Source: Octopus vulgaris (lineage: Eukaryota). Taken from it: DNA of 64,000 bases. The notes under the pieces are model-generated. The model made no database searches. It saw nothing but the letters and a program-made list of their open reading frames with translations, and was not told the DNA's origin. Shown piece after piece: positions 41,130 through 53,430 of this stretch (position 1 is its first letter; each line of letters begins with the position of its first letter). A program made the translations under genes and the position numbers. Location: contig OX597814.1 of assembly GCA_951406725.2 (NCBI GenBank), positions 56,110,001 to 56,174,000 on the forward strand, given 5' to 3'.

Positions 41130-42405
41130 TGTTTTACAGTCATTAGAATTTCAAACATTTACTTACATTTTTTTTTTACCATTTTATGTAAGGCCCTCAT
41201 AAACTCCACATGTACTCCAGTTGGGTCTATCCTATTTCCATACAATTCTCTCAGTCTTGCACATCTCTCCTTGTCAATTGCAATTGCCTTGGTACTCTCT
41301 GGCTAGTATTCTGTTGTTAGCTTCACTCTTATTACCGACTTCATTTTCATTATTTTCTTTTCAATCTCCGTGCTTTTTGCATAAATCACCATATGCCACT
41401 TTTTTTGGTTCTTTTTTAGTTACTTGTTCCTGTGGTCCCACTTGATTTTCCATGTTGGCTTCCCTTGTTGATGTTGTTGGGACCTCATGTCATGTCTCTT
41501 CCTATATACTTTCCTTCCTTTTCTTTAATGGACTCTTTGGTGGTTAGTCCATTATACCTTCCTTTTTTTTCTATTTGCCACTGTATATTCCTCCTCCACA
41601 TTCTCCGGACACTTCTCACTTACTGGGGCCGTCACTTCAGCCCTCTGCTCTTGCTTGGTACCCTGTTACTGCTGTTCCTCCACACCTTTATCTTCTTTCT
41701 GGGAACACCTTGCTCTCATGTGTCCCCTTACTCCACACTGGTAACAGGTTGGAGGTCTTCCCTCCACCACTACTCTCAATCTCACGTCTTCCAGCAGTAT
41801 CACCCCCTCCACTATCTTGTGTAAGTCTTGTAAACTGACTTGGATGGCACTTTTATCTCTTTTGTCCTCGTTACTTTTAAAACTTTTACGTCCTACTCCA
41901 TATTATTCATAATAGCTGCTACCAGCCACACCTCCTCAATATCTGGGGGTACTCTGCCAATCCTTACCCTGGCCACTCATTTGCCACAGTAAGTTGGCAG
42001 AATTACCCACTCTGGTGTCCTTAGCGCCACAGTGGAGTGGTTTATCGCTTCTTGTTCACTAGTGAACCTTACCTCCACTGTGCTGTATCTTCTCCCTCTG
42101 GTGTAGAATGTTGTGAGACTTTTTACCTCCTTCAAACATTCCTCTATGGATTCCACTGTGGCTATTTCAATTCTTTTCATTGCCGTGAACAGTGTTCTAT
42201 ATACTACTGTTTGCTTCGTTACACTAGCTGTAAAATCTTGTGGTGGGGTCAACCTCAAACTGGTTCCCTCCTTCTTGATTAATCCATTGAACTCCTTCAA
42301 CTTCCTTTGCTCCATCTTCACCTCACAAACCTATAATATGTCTGCAGTTAAACTTCTTCCTGTGGCTGAAGCATAGCTGCCAGCTGGAACTGGTTCGTAC
42401 TCCAT
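41130..42405 (-). pseudogene. Gag-like ORF1 of a non-LTR retroelement (RRM-like region plus CCHC knuckle), decayed
   Basis: MEYEPVPAGSYASATG..RGRRYSTVEVRF..PTYCGK*VARVRIGRVPP..VVEGRPPTCYQCGVRGHMRARC, then a low-complexity K/E-rich tail. No ORF2 seen. Confidence 0.7.
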
Positions 42406-43134
42406 TCTTCTTTTTTTTCTCTACTTCACCCATAAATGGGGAAGAAAAATATAAAATCACAGGCAAAAAACAGCAACTAACAATTCAACAATGAGGTTCA
42501 ACAATTAGGCTAACCCTTACGGGAGACCTTCAGCAAATAATTAACAATGTAACTCACATCTAACAGGGATCAAAAATGATTAAACCAACAGCAAACAGAA
42601 TTAGCATGAACTACCTCACTTATTCAGACCGCTACTATTTATATGTAGTGATCCAGTTCATTCTTGCCAGGGAGTGTCATACTCTTGCACAACAGTAGCT
42701 TTATATTTATTACAAGACTGAGGAGCCTGCTAGAAACAGCAGCCAATTCTCTTTGAATTAAACTTTGCCATTATTAAAAAGGGAAACATTAGATCAGTTA
42801 GTCTGGAAAACAGACAGGATGATCATAGCTGGAATGTCTTTGAGCATAGGTTTGTTTATTTGGGAGTGACCTGACCAAAATAACAACAACCATCTGTAAC
42901 TGAAAAATTAAAGAGATGTAAGTTGTTGTACTTGGAGATAAAGTAAACATACATGCTTCAGACAATGTCTTTTGTCCAATTCTTTCCAATGAATAATTCA
43001 TAAATCCAATGACTAATTCATAAATTCTAATGGCTATATTTTACATACAACCATTGAAATAATTTGAACCAAAAGGAAGGCACCATGCATTAGCTTGATC
43101 TGTTAGAGAAATAGCAGCCGAATTCTTATATTGT

Positions 43135-43325
43135 GTATCTTCTGATGTGAGGTGTCCCCAGATGTTGAGTACCTTCTATTGTTGGCTATCTTCTGAAGTT
43201 GGATATATTTTTTGATGTGCAGTGTCTTTTATTGTTGGATAACTTCTGATGTTGAGTAACTTCTGATGCTAAGTATCTTCTAATATTGGATATCTTTTGT
43301 AGTTTGGTAATATTCTGAAGATGTT
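43135..43325. repeat. Degenerate minisatellite, 16-17-bp unit (consensus close to TATCTTCTGATGTTGAG)
   Basis: About 11 imperfect units visible. Confidence 0.75.
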
Positions 43326-46035
43326 TATCTGAATAGATTTCATTCATTAATCTCTTTTTTATTGTAAACGCCAAATGCGTCATAAACGCCAAATGCCTGA
43401 TATGAGAAGAACCCCTTCACATCACCACCATCACCACTGCCACCACCACCACTGCCACCACCACCACCACCACCACTATCATCATCATCACCACTAACTG
43501 ACATAATTTTGAGCAAGTGTCTAATAGAGTTCAGTGCACTGTTTTTGTTGTTCTTTTAGTTTTTTCTTCATTTTTTTTTTCTTCTTTATTTTTCCTCCCA
43601 CTCTTGCTTTAGTTATATATAACTAGTGTCTCAATCTTTTTCAAGCATAAGACTGTGGCTGAAAATCCTTGGAGCCTCTTGTGATTTAATGATGGATGAG
43701 TGTGTTAATTTCAATGACTACATTATTTTATTGAGAAGCAGTGATTTGAGTATTAACAGATTTAAAAGATATAATGATGGAACAATGCTTCACAAATCCT
43801 ATAATTAACACGCAATGTAGTGTGTTTATCAACACGCCTGATGCAAGTCTCCAAAAGATGAAGTGGTGGAAAGGAAATAGTTTTCAGAACAGTCCGAGTA
43901 TTTTTGTGAATAGCTTTAATTTTAAAGTGAGCTAATTAGGATTTCACTCAAGTTTTGCTGCAGTTTCATTTTTTTTTTTTCATCAAATATGTTAAGATGG
44001 TAATGGATTAGAATTTTCTGACAATTATTCATCATTAACATCATCGTTTAGTGCCAATTCTTCCATGCTTGCATGGGTCAGACAGTGTTTTGTTGAGGCA
44101 GACATTCTACAGCCAGATGCTCTTTCTGTCACCAACCCTTGCCTGTTTCCGAGTAAGATATTTTCCTGTGCCAGATATGTTCTCATAAGAGATTGAGAAT
44201 GAAGAGCACTGTCTGCATCACTGAAACATTCATTTACAACTATCATGTGATGTCGAGGCAAAGAAACAAAAAGCACGTACGCACGCGTGCACACACATAC
44301 ACACACACACATACACAAACACACACACACCTGCATAATCATTCATTCACTCATTCATTCATTCCTTGGCCTTCTTTCATTTTCTGTCTATCAAATCCAC
44401 TCACAAGGCTTTGATCAGACCAGGGATATTGTAGAAGGCAGCTGCCCAAAGTGCCACTCAGTGGGATTGAATCTGGAATCATTTCATTGGGAAGCAAACT
44501 GCTTACCACAAATTGTGACTGTGTTGCCTCTATGTTGACTGAGTGTTAGTCTCTGATGGAAGAGGTAATGGTTCAAATCCTGTACATAAATACAGTATTT
44601 ATGTCCATGGCCTGACACATAAGCTCTTGCTGGCTCATCTCATACTTCTGTAAAAAGGCACCATAAGTAGATACCATTCACTTCTACAAGCAATTAGGTC
44701 AATGTAGACTTAACCAGTTATTAAATTAGTTATTTTGGAGTGCTGAGTTCACATTCTGCAATAGCCTTAAACTGTGATGAAAGTGCTTATACTACAACGT
44801 ATTTTCAACCAAAACTAATACCCAATTTGCCCCACCATACTACTTCATTCTTAGACAAATGTGTGTCACATAAGTAGACTAATACCATGTTGCTCTTTAG
44901 AAACCTTTTTTTTAAATCGATTAAAACAATTGTCTTGTATTTATGAGTTTGTAAGCAGACACTGTAAAAATATAAGCTCTTTAAAGTACTCTTAATTCTT
45001 CAAATAGCTTGAAGATTACTATTGATTATGCAACATTTTTTAGATAGACAGAAATTCACCTTCTCATATATTTTTCAAGTGTGTGTGTGTGTGCGTATCC
45101 AGTGATATCTTAAGGTAGCTTAGAGACATTTCGCATCTTCTTCTAGCATGCAGGTGGGCGTGTATACATACTAGCTTGCCCTGAATATATATTTATAAAT
45201 TCATATATATATATATATATATTACATCAGATTAAATGAATATTTAAAAATATTGAAACCAACTAAATACATCAAAATGTCTTTATTTCCTTCTATTTTC
45301 TTACAAATTCTTAATAAGAAACAACTTCCTTGCTACTAACAGTTATATTTTGTTTTACTAATACAACTTCCTTAATGTGTGTGTGTTTGTAAATATATGT
45401 ACATATATGTATATATATATATATATATATAATCACAGCTTAAGTGTTGCCTGTTATTGATTTATCTCTAACAATTTCTTTGCATCAGATATGTTTCAAA
45501 CTATTGCATTGATTTCTGGTAGAATTTACTGGAAATTCAATTCATAATGTGTTATCAATTTACATACAATTACATACATTCATACACATGCACACACACA
45601 CACTCATACTCATGTGCATGCATGCACATATGCACACATAGATGCAGACCTACCTTGCAATACCTGGGTATTGAAGTAATGTAGAAATTTCAGTATACCG
45701 TAAACACTATGTTTCTGTGTATTGTCCTAGCAGTCAGAATTGAAATTCTGCTTAGTTACTTGTTCATTTCAAAGCTTTAAGTTAAACAATATTCTTGGTT
45801 TTACTTTGTGCCCTATGATGAAAAGACAACCTGGGTTCCTAATTCTTGAAGTATCAATATAAAACTGATTATGCAATAGACAAGACCCACCAGATTCTAA
45901 CAACTTTTAGTGTTTACTTTTGAGATTTGTTGATGGTCATGGCAAAGCTTATTTTGTCAAGAAATTGAAATTTTGAAATTGAAATGGGAAATCAGTTGGC
46001 TTTATTATGGGAATAAAACAGCTATCACTAACAAT

Positions 46036-46590
46036 GAAGATTTGCATATTTATTTTTAATATATTCCAGCTGATCGAAATGCATACGTGCTAGTAGCTGT
46101 TGTGTATGTCACAGGAGAACAACTTCTCCCTTTTTACATTGATAGTGTATTCATAACACATTCAATCCATTTGTTCTTGGGATTCTGGGACACTGTGTTT
46201 CGACATGCTGTGTCTTGTCAGCCAGATGTACTTGGTCCTTTGAACTTAAACAAGCCACAGACTTTGCTTATAATTTCAGTGAACCAACTGTTTTCTGATC
46301 AGTGCTTATATCTGCCAACCAGTAAAAATTGTTATTTGCTCTACATACAGTGAGATCTGAAATGATGCTTTGCATATTTATTCTTAATACCTTCTGGCAG
46401 ATTTAATCATATGCTAGTCACTGTTGTGTATGTCACAGGAAAACAGTTTCTCCCTTTTATGACAATAGTATGTTCATAATACTCTGGGCTCATTGGTACA
46501 AGGGATTCTGTGACACTAGTGTTTAAGCTCAAAGGTCTGAATACTTCTGGCTGACGAAACACAATATGTTGAAACAGCAACTAGCATATT
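46036..46590 (-). repeat. ~324-bp tandem repeat (~1.7 units), each unit with a hammerhead core; retrozyme-like
   Basis: About 46036-46200 is repeated at about 46364-46524 (e.g. TGCTAGT..CTGTTGTGTATGTCACAGGA, GGGATTCTG.GACACT). Confidence 0.7.
46184..46226 (-). ncRNA. Type I hammerhead ribozyme motif with G8-to-A core change
   Basis: Minus strand: tctgg-CTGACAA-gaca(cagca)tgtc-GAAA-cac(a)gtg-TC-ccaga. All three helices can form and the triplet is GUC. Confidence 0.78.
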
Positions 46591-47412
46591 TGTGTTTATG
46601 TGCTGTGTTAAAATTCTGCTGGAGTCATCTTTGCCTTTCCTCACCTCCAGGGTTGATAAAATAAAGTACCAGTCAAATGGTGGGTGAGAGGCGTTTCCAT
46701 ATAATTGACTTACCTCCCCTACTCTACTAGAATTGCTGGCCTTGTGCATAAATTCAATATAATCGTCATCATTTTTATGTGTGTGTCCATGTATGTGCAT
46801 GGGAATATGTTTATTATCTTCCTCATTGGTATTTTAATGCTAATTTGGAGCAGATTTTTCAATGGCAGAGGAAGTATACCTACCTACCTACGAACCAACC
46901 AACCTAAACACACACACACACAAATGCACGCACACAAATACACAAATGTGCACACACACACATGAATAAACTGCATGAGTTGTTTAGTTCTTTTGCTCAG
47001 CGTTTGTACCACCATTAAATATTTTGAATTTGCAGATTTTTTTTCTGTTGTAGATTTATTGATAATTTGCAGCACATGAATAATGAATTTATATTCTAAA
47101 GTAGTTATTAAAAAAGAATTTCTATGTAAGCTTTTCTAGTGTACATATAAGTCTTTATATATTTTATATTTATATATAATATAATGTTTTTTTTATTTTA
47201 TCACCTAAACCAAGGCTATACAGAAATTTTCCACATGATATATATATTTTTAGTCTTCAGTAGTCATTCTTAAGAACATAATTTTACATATCGTAGAGAC
47301 AAAAGTTTCTGGTATTTCTCTGCAAAAGAAGCTGGGAGTAGTTTTGAAAGATATTAAAAAGACAGAAATAAGTTACTGAAATATCTGAATTTCAATAAAG
47401 GGAGGAAAGCTT

Positions 47413-47444
<32 letters not shown>

Positions 47445-47885
47445 TGCGTATGAATACATGCATACATATATATTGTCACTATCATTTACCTTCCACTTTT
47501 CCATGCTTGCATGGGTCAGACTGCAATTATTTAAGGCAAATTTTCTACATTTTGTCTCCTGTTTCCAAGCAAGGTAATATTTCTTCATAGTCAGATATGT
47601 TCATGCAGAATATTGGAAATGAATATCACTGCTTGTATGGTAGTGACAATCATTTTACAACTGTGACCAGTGACTTCAGCAATGTAACTACACACATGCT
47701 ATTGGTTATTTTTTTTCTTCCCTTCTTTGCACTTTTACCTTTTTCTTTTTCAACAAATAGCTATGCTGGAGATGTCAAAAACTTTCTTTTAATTAAGTGT
47801 CAAACTAATATACTTTTTGTGCACATCCTCTTGTTGTTTGTTATTGTTAACTATATTGTTTGTTTATTTGCTTTGAGTATGTGTG

Positions 47886-47929
<44 letters not shown>

Positions 47930-49439
47930 ATAAAAATAAGCAACAGGATATCAGGAGGTTGTAGCATTAGCAGGGCAGGCGAATTACTTCACCCCAGCAT
48001 AGTAGCACACTGGTTCTGCGTTCCACTGCTCTTTAAAAGCTAATGGCAGAGGAAGACATATGACAACTTCTGCCCAGAGTAATAGCGTGTGCTTTTCTAA
48101 GGCATTTTATCTAGTCGCTGTCTAAATGGTGGAACGTTAACATCTTATTCCCTTTCGTTGCTGCTTTGCTTTATCCCATTCAGATGTTGACACTAAACTA
48201 TCGATGAGCTTGTGGCTTGTCTAGCTCGACACGCTGTGGGATTTCTACCTTGCCTCACTACCACTTCAAAACTTATTGGATATTTTAGATTTGCTGCCAA
48301 GTACTGGAACTAACTACTTTGATGTGTATTAAGGAATTAACTCATGCCTCCAACACCCTATTGTCTTGTACGCTTATCTCTGTTGTGCCTGATACTTCAT
48401 GTATGAGCAAGGAATAAATTATGTTTGTTAACCAAAAGCATTACCTTCTGATTTTTATTGTTATCTTTATGTAAAACATGCATTTATACATTTCAAACCT
48501 TCTTATGTGCACACATCTAAATATACTTCCTAAACTGGGAAAGCCCAACTCTTAATTTACCTTTTGTTACAAGGTGATGCAGTATGACTATTTTAGGCAG
48601 CTCCATTTAACTAAACAATGCAATCATTACATCAATTTAAATGCAGGGCTATCCTCAGCTGCATAAATAAATAGAATTTTTTAATCAGTTGGACACATTA
48701 ATATAATTTTACTCAAATTCACTAATAGAGAAAGAAGAAGGAGAAACAATATTGTTATGTTGTATGAAGATAAAATTTAAGTTTACTAAAAATGACATTA
48801 TAACCAGAATAGATAAATAGATAGGGAAGATTACATAGAATTAGTTTAATATTCATACCAGTACTTAATTATTTACTTATAAGGTGGTTTCTATAAAGAT
48901 TGCTCTGGGTATTTACTTATGCAATACTAGGGGGATAAATCATGCTATCTTTATATTAGTTATAAGCTAAGAATAAAAAAAAAATCGGAAAAATAAGTTG
49001 TGCACAGATACATACACATATTTAACTATGTGCACACACGCAAATATACACAAATATTTGTACTTTGTTATGAGTATGTTATAATCAACTCTTCAAGACT
49101 TACATAACTAGAAAGTTTATATTTCTCTTTAAGAACATTAATAATTTATAAGAGATAAGAGGTTAATAGGTAAAGATATCAAAATAAGAAAACACAATAA
49201 TCAGAAATTATAGAGAATAGTAAGAATATATATATAACTTATATAGAATACTAGCGGTAAATTCACATCATATACAACAAGAATTTTAGTTTAGATAATA
49301 AGGTGATTGAAGGGAATGGACAGGTGGCTTTACCCTATAAGGATAAGAAAAATACTGGTAATAGAGACATACCTAATAATCAAGCCACGATTTTGAAAGA
49401 CGTTGAGAGAACAGGTAGATTCCACCCTTTGCACCGTAA

Positions 49440-49563
49440 GTCTGAAAATATGGACTTGATCTGGTATAACGTTCCCTTCAACTGGCCATATCCATAAACA
49501 TATATAGGAAATTTATGACAATTTTAGAAAAAACTTTCCTGCTTTCCATAGATACATCAGATT
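49440..49563 (+). pseudogene. Penelope-like element ORF remnant (region between RT and GIY-YIG)
   Basis: IWYNVPFN / AISINIYRKFMTILEKNFPAFHRY resembles the IIWFNPPF..TNIG..FL.L..KHFP..H motif of PLE ORFs. Cut off by a SINE at about 49563. Confidence 0.55.
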
Positions 49564-49778
49564 TAGGGGAGGGGTAGGTTAATTACACTGACCCTCCCCC
49601 ACCTCCTACCCACCAAGTGCTCAGCTGCTACCTATTTTATCAACCCATAAGGATAAAAGCATAATCAACCACAGCAGCATTTGAACTCAGATTGTAAAAC
49701 CAGAAGTGCTTAGTATATAAGCATTTTGTATGGCATGCTAACAATTCTACCAGCTTGTCACCTTAATGAAAAATCATA

Positions 49779-50290
49779 TCTATATATATAAAACTCTAGT
49801 TGTGTGAGTGTCTGTCCCCTTCGATTTAGATTCCTAACTCCTCCCACATTTTGCGGTGCAGTTTAACCAAATTCGGGTATCTTATAGTCGTGATTCATAT
49901 CGAGCCCGTCTGACTATTAGCGCGCGTCAACGATGAGTCTACGATTTTAAAAATAATTTAACATCATTTTTTATTCCATTTTAATGCATAAAATGCATCG
50001 TGTGTCGATGGCGGCGGAGTTGGCGTCCACGCTCACAGCTGCACCTGTTTGCTTGTCCCCCTTCCCTCCCTCGTGAAGCTGTGGGGAAGGGAGTGTAAAG
50101 AAATCAACGTCGTAATGCGTTGTGAAGGAGACCAGCGTTCTTTTAGAACAACGACTTCATGGCTTGAAGACACCAAAACAAAAATGGCTAAGAAAGCCCG
50201 AATTGGCATCTATAAGGGAAGTAACTCTCTAAAAATGCTTATATAGTTATTTCCCTTACAAACCCGAGCAACGCCGGGCGATACTGCTAG
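49779..50290 (+). mobile_element. Non-autonomous Helitron, copy 1
   Basis: 5' TC preceded by A, subterminal hairpin CCCGAGCAACGCCGGG, 3' CTAG. No TSD. CpG-rich. Confidence 0.9.
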
Positions 50291-50803
50291 TCTATATATA
50301 TAAAACTGTAGTTGTGTGAGTGTCTGTCCCCTTCGATTTAGATTCCTAACTACTCCCACATTTTGCGGTGCAGTTTAACCAAATTCGGGTATCTTATAGT
50401 CGTGATTCATATTGAGCCCGTCTGAGTATTAGCGTGCATCTACGATGAGTCTACGATTTAAAAAATAATTTAACATCATTTTTTATTCCATTTTAATGCA
50501 TAATTTGTCGTGTGTCGATGGCGGCGGAGTTGGCGTCCATGCTCACAGCTGCACCTGTTTGCTTCTCCTCCTTCTTCCCTCCCTTGTGAAACTGTGGGGA
50601 AGGGAGTATAAGGAAATCAGTGTCGTAAAGCGTTGTCAAGGAGACCAGCGTTCTTTTAGAACAACGACTTCATGGCTTGAAGACACCAAAACAGAAATGG
50701 CTAAGAAAGCCCGAATTGGCATCTATAAGGGAAGTAACTCTCTAAAAATGCTTATATAGTTATTTCCCTTACAAACCCGAGCAACGCCGGGCGATACTTA
50801 TAG
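50291..50803 (+). mobile_element. Non-autonomous Helitron, copy 2 (head-to-tail)
   Basis: Starts TC directly after the CTAG of copy 1. Same hairpin. Ends ATAG followed by T. Confidence 0.9.
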
Positions 50804-50902
50804 TTAAAAGTAAAAAGACAATTAAATATCATCATTCTCACCATTACCATCATTATCATCACAATCACAGTCATCATCACTGTTTTATCATAATAACAAT
50901 AA

Positions 50903-51641
50903 TCCTTTCTACTATGGGCACAAGGCCTGAAATTTTGAGTGAGGGGGATAGTTGATTACATTAAGCCGAGTGCTCGTTTATTGACACCAAAAAATGAAAG
51001 GCAGTGTTGACCTTGGCAGCATTTGAACTCAGAACGTAAAGATGGGTGAAATATCATTAAGCGTTTTTTCCTGGCATGATAATGATTCTGCCAGCTTACC
51101 ATCATAGTAGTATAACAACAACAACAACAACAGCAACAACAACAACAACAACAACAATCCTTTCTGCTATAGGTACATGGCCTGGAATTTGTGGGGAGAA
51201 GGATAGTTGATCACATTGACTTCCAATACTCAACTGGCACTGAATTTATTGACCCTAAAAGGATTAAAGGCAAAGTTGACCTCAGTCAAATTTGAACTCA
51301 GAATGTAGCAGCAGACAAAATACCGCTAAGCATTTTGCCCGGCATGCTATTTCTGCCAGCTCACAACTTTAGTATAATAATAGTAATAATAATGATGATG
51401 ATGATACTTCATTTAATAATCTTCATTTAATAATCTCTAGACACAAAGCCCAAAATTTTTGGGGTGGGGACCAGTCGATTAGATCAACCCCACTATGCAA
51501 CTGATACTTAATTTATTGACCCTGAAATGATGAAAGGCAACATTGACCTCAGCGGAATTTCAACACAGAAGGTAAAGACAGACGAAATACCACTAAGCAT
51601 TTCGCCTGGCATGCTAATGTTTCTGCCAACTCACCACCTTT
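50903..51641 (-). mobile_element. Three tandem family A SINEs separated by AAC/AAT tracts
   Basis: Copies at about 50903-51100, 51157-51370 and 51435-51641. The last has a 17-bp TSD ATACTTCATTTAATAAT (51404-51420 and 51642-51658). Confidence 0.85.
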
Positions 51642-52105
51642 ATACTTCATTTAATAATGATAATAATAATGTTGTATTATGAACTGAAATCAGATATTAT
51701 TGGTGCAGGTGATAACAAGCTGCAGTAAAGTGTATGTAAGTATCTTGCTTGTTTTCCTTTCTCTCCTGAAGCAATGAAAATACAAGTGATTCATTCCCAG
51801 AAGGTCTATTTCCTATTTCTGATGGCCAGGTGAACCAAGATGTTTTGTATTACAGATCTTGGTGAAAGCACACAATATGCCTGCAACATACTTGGTATTC
51901 AGAACGTTGTTGTCCAATATTTAACCCCACTTAACTAATTTGCTTCTATAGAATTTGTTTTGCTTTGACTCTGCCATAATATGTCACAAGGGCAACATGT
52001 GGAATATGTTAACATGACTGATTACCAAATTAGTTAGAGGTTTCTAATAAGTGAAGAGGAAATAAAAAAAACATGCCCAGTTGTACTAATGAATTGAGGA
52101 AAAAG

Positions 52106-52327
52106 TGTGAGGGAGTACTGAAAAGTTCCTACCTTTAAGGGTATTACAAAAGGCCTGGTTTGAGTCCCAACCTTCGAAATTCTTTTACAGAACTTTAGAA
52201 AAACTGAAAGACCGCTGCAATAAGTGTGTGTATCTGAGAGGGGAATATGTTGAATAAAATCATAATTAACTGATCCTCCTGTAATTTCTTTTACCCAAAA
52301 CCAGGAACTTTTTAGCACTTCCTTGTA
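52106..52327. mobile_element. mariner-derived MITE
   Basis: Imperfect TIRs TGTGAGGGAGTACTGAAAAGTTCCT / AGGAACTTTTTAGCACTTCCTTGTA. Confidence 0.7.
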
Positions 52328-52362
52328 CACAATATCATGACTGACTAAAATAATTTATTTTG

Positions 52363-53189
52363 GCTTATCCAACCCTAGTTTCCACATTGACCACCAGATA
52401 AGGGATTTGGGGACCCTGTCAAAGGCTTTCTTCTTGTCAACAAAATTCAAGCACATAGGTTTATCTTTGGCTAGGTATTTCTCCTGCAGTTGCCTTACCA
52501 GAAGTATAGCATCAGTGGTGCTTATCCCTGGTACAAACCCAAACTGTATCTTACCTAAACTAACTATCTCCCTAATTAGTTGAGCTATGACCCTCTTCAT
52601 GACTTTCATCACCAGGCCTGGAAGGACTGGAATTGTGATGGTAGCAAGGAACTGTATCAGATAGCCAGAAGGGAAGCTAGGAGACAGGTTTACTTATCCA
52701 GAGGGGAAGCAGAAAAGGAGAGATTTGCCAATGTTCTGCATCGTGAGGACAAGAAATTTGAAATGTTTTGAATTGCAAGACTGTGTGAGAAAATTGTGAT
52801 GTTATAGGAGAGAAATGTGCCTGCATGGATGATGGCTCACTTGCATTTAATGAGGCAGCAAGGAGAGAGACTTGAAGATGCCACTATGAAAGGTTGCTAA
52901 ATGAAGAGAATGAATGGGAGAAAGAGAGTCTGCCAAATGTTAACGCGACTGAGGGACCAGATATCTGAATCGACAGTACCTTGGTAAATAAAGCAATTAA
53001 AAATATGAAGATAGGGAAAGCCCCAGTCCATCAGGAATCATTGCTGAGATGCTTAAAATATCTGGCAGTGTAGACTATGGTTTAGTCACCCGTATAGTTA
53101 ACCAGGTGATACAAGAAGGAGTCATACACAATGACTAGTGTAACAGCACCATAGTTAACTGCTACAAAGGTAAAGGTGATGCCTTAGAT
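52363..53189. mobile_element. RTE-type LINE ORF fragment with internal inversion
   Basis: Plus strand 52612-53189 encodes ..KAIKNMKIGKAP..IIAEMLK..STIVNCYKGKGDALD. Minus strand 52612-52363 encodes the continuation MKVMKRVI..QFGFVPG.STTDAI..RQLQEKY..FVD.KKAFDRVP. Confidence 0.9.
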
Positions 53190-53264
53190 TATATATATAT
53201 TGATAAAAATGGTAAGACAACAAAAGAATGAAAGAGACCTCGATATTATGTAAATAAAAGAATT

Positions 53265-53393
53265 TATCTGTAAAAGTAATATGTGGCAATTATTCAGTAG
53301 CCATGATAAAACTCTGAGTTTCGGATGGAGTAGGTATTTCAAAACTCAGAGTTTTATCATGACTACCGAATAATTGTCACATATTACTTTTAC

Positions 53394-53398
<5 letters not shown>
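53265..53398. repeat. Inverted repeat with 57-bp arms and 20-nt spacer, between (TA)n tracts
   Basis: 53265-53321 matches the reverse complement of 53342-53398 with 3 mismatches. Confidence 0.95.

Positions 53399-53430
<32 letters not shown>

Noticed and set aside
43835-43866. CTGATGC..gtct/agat..GAAG
   Set aside because: Two core mismatches and no helix I or III.
48195-48240. TCGATGAGCT..AGCTCGACACGC, a hammerhead-like arrangement
   Set aside because: Both core boxes are defective and there is no helix I.
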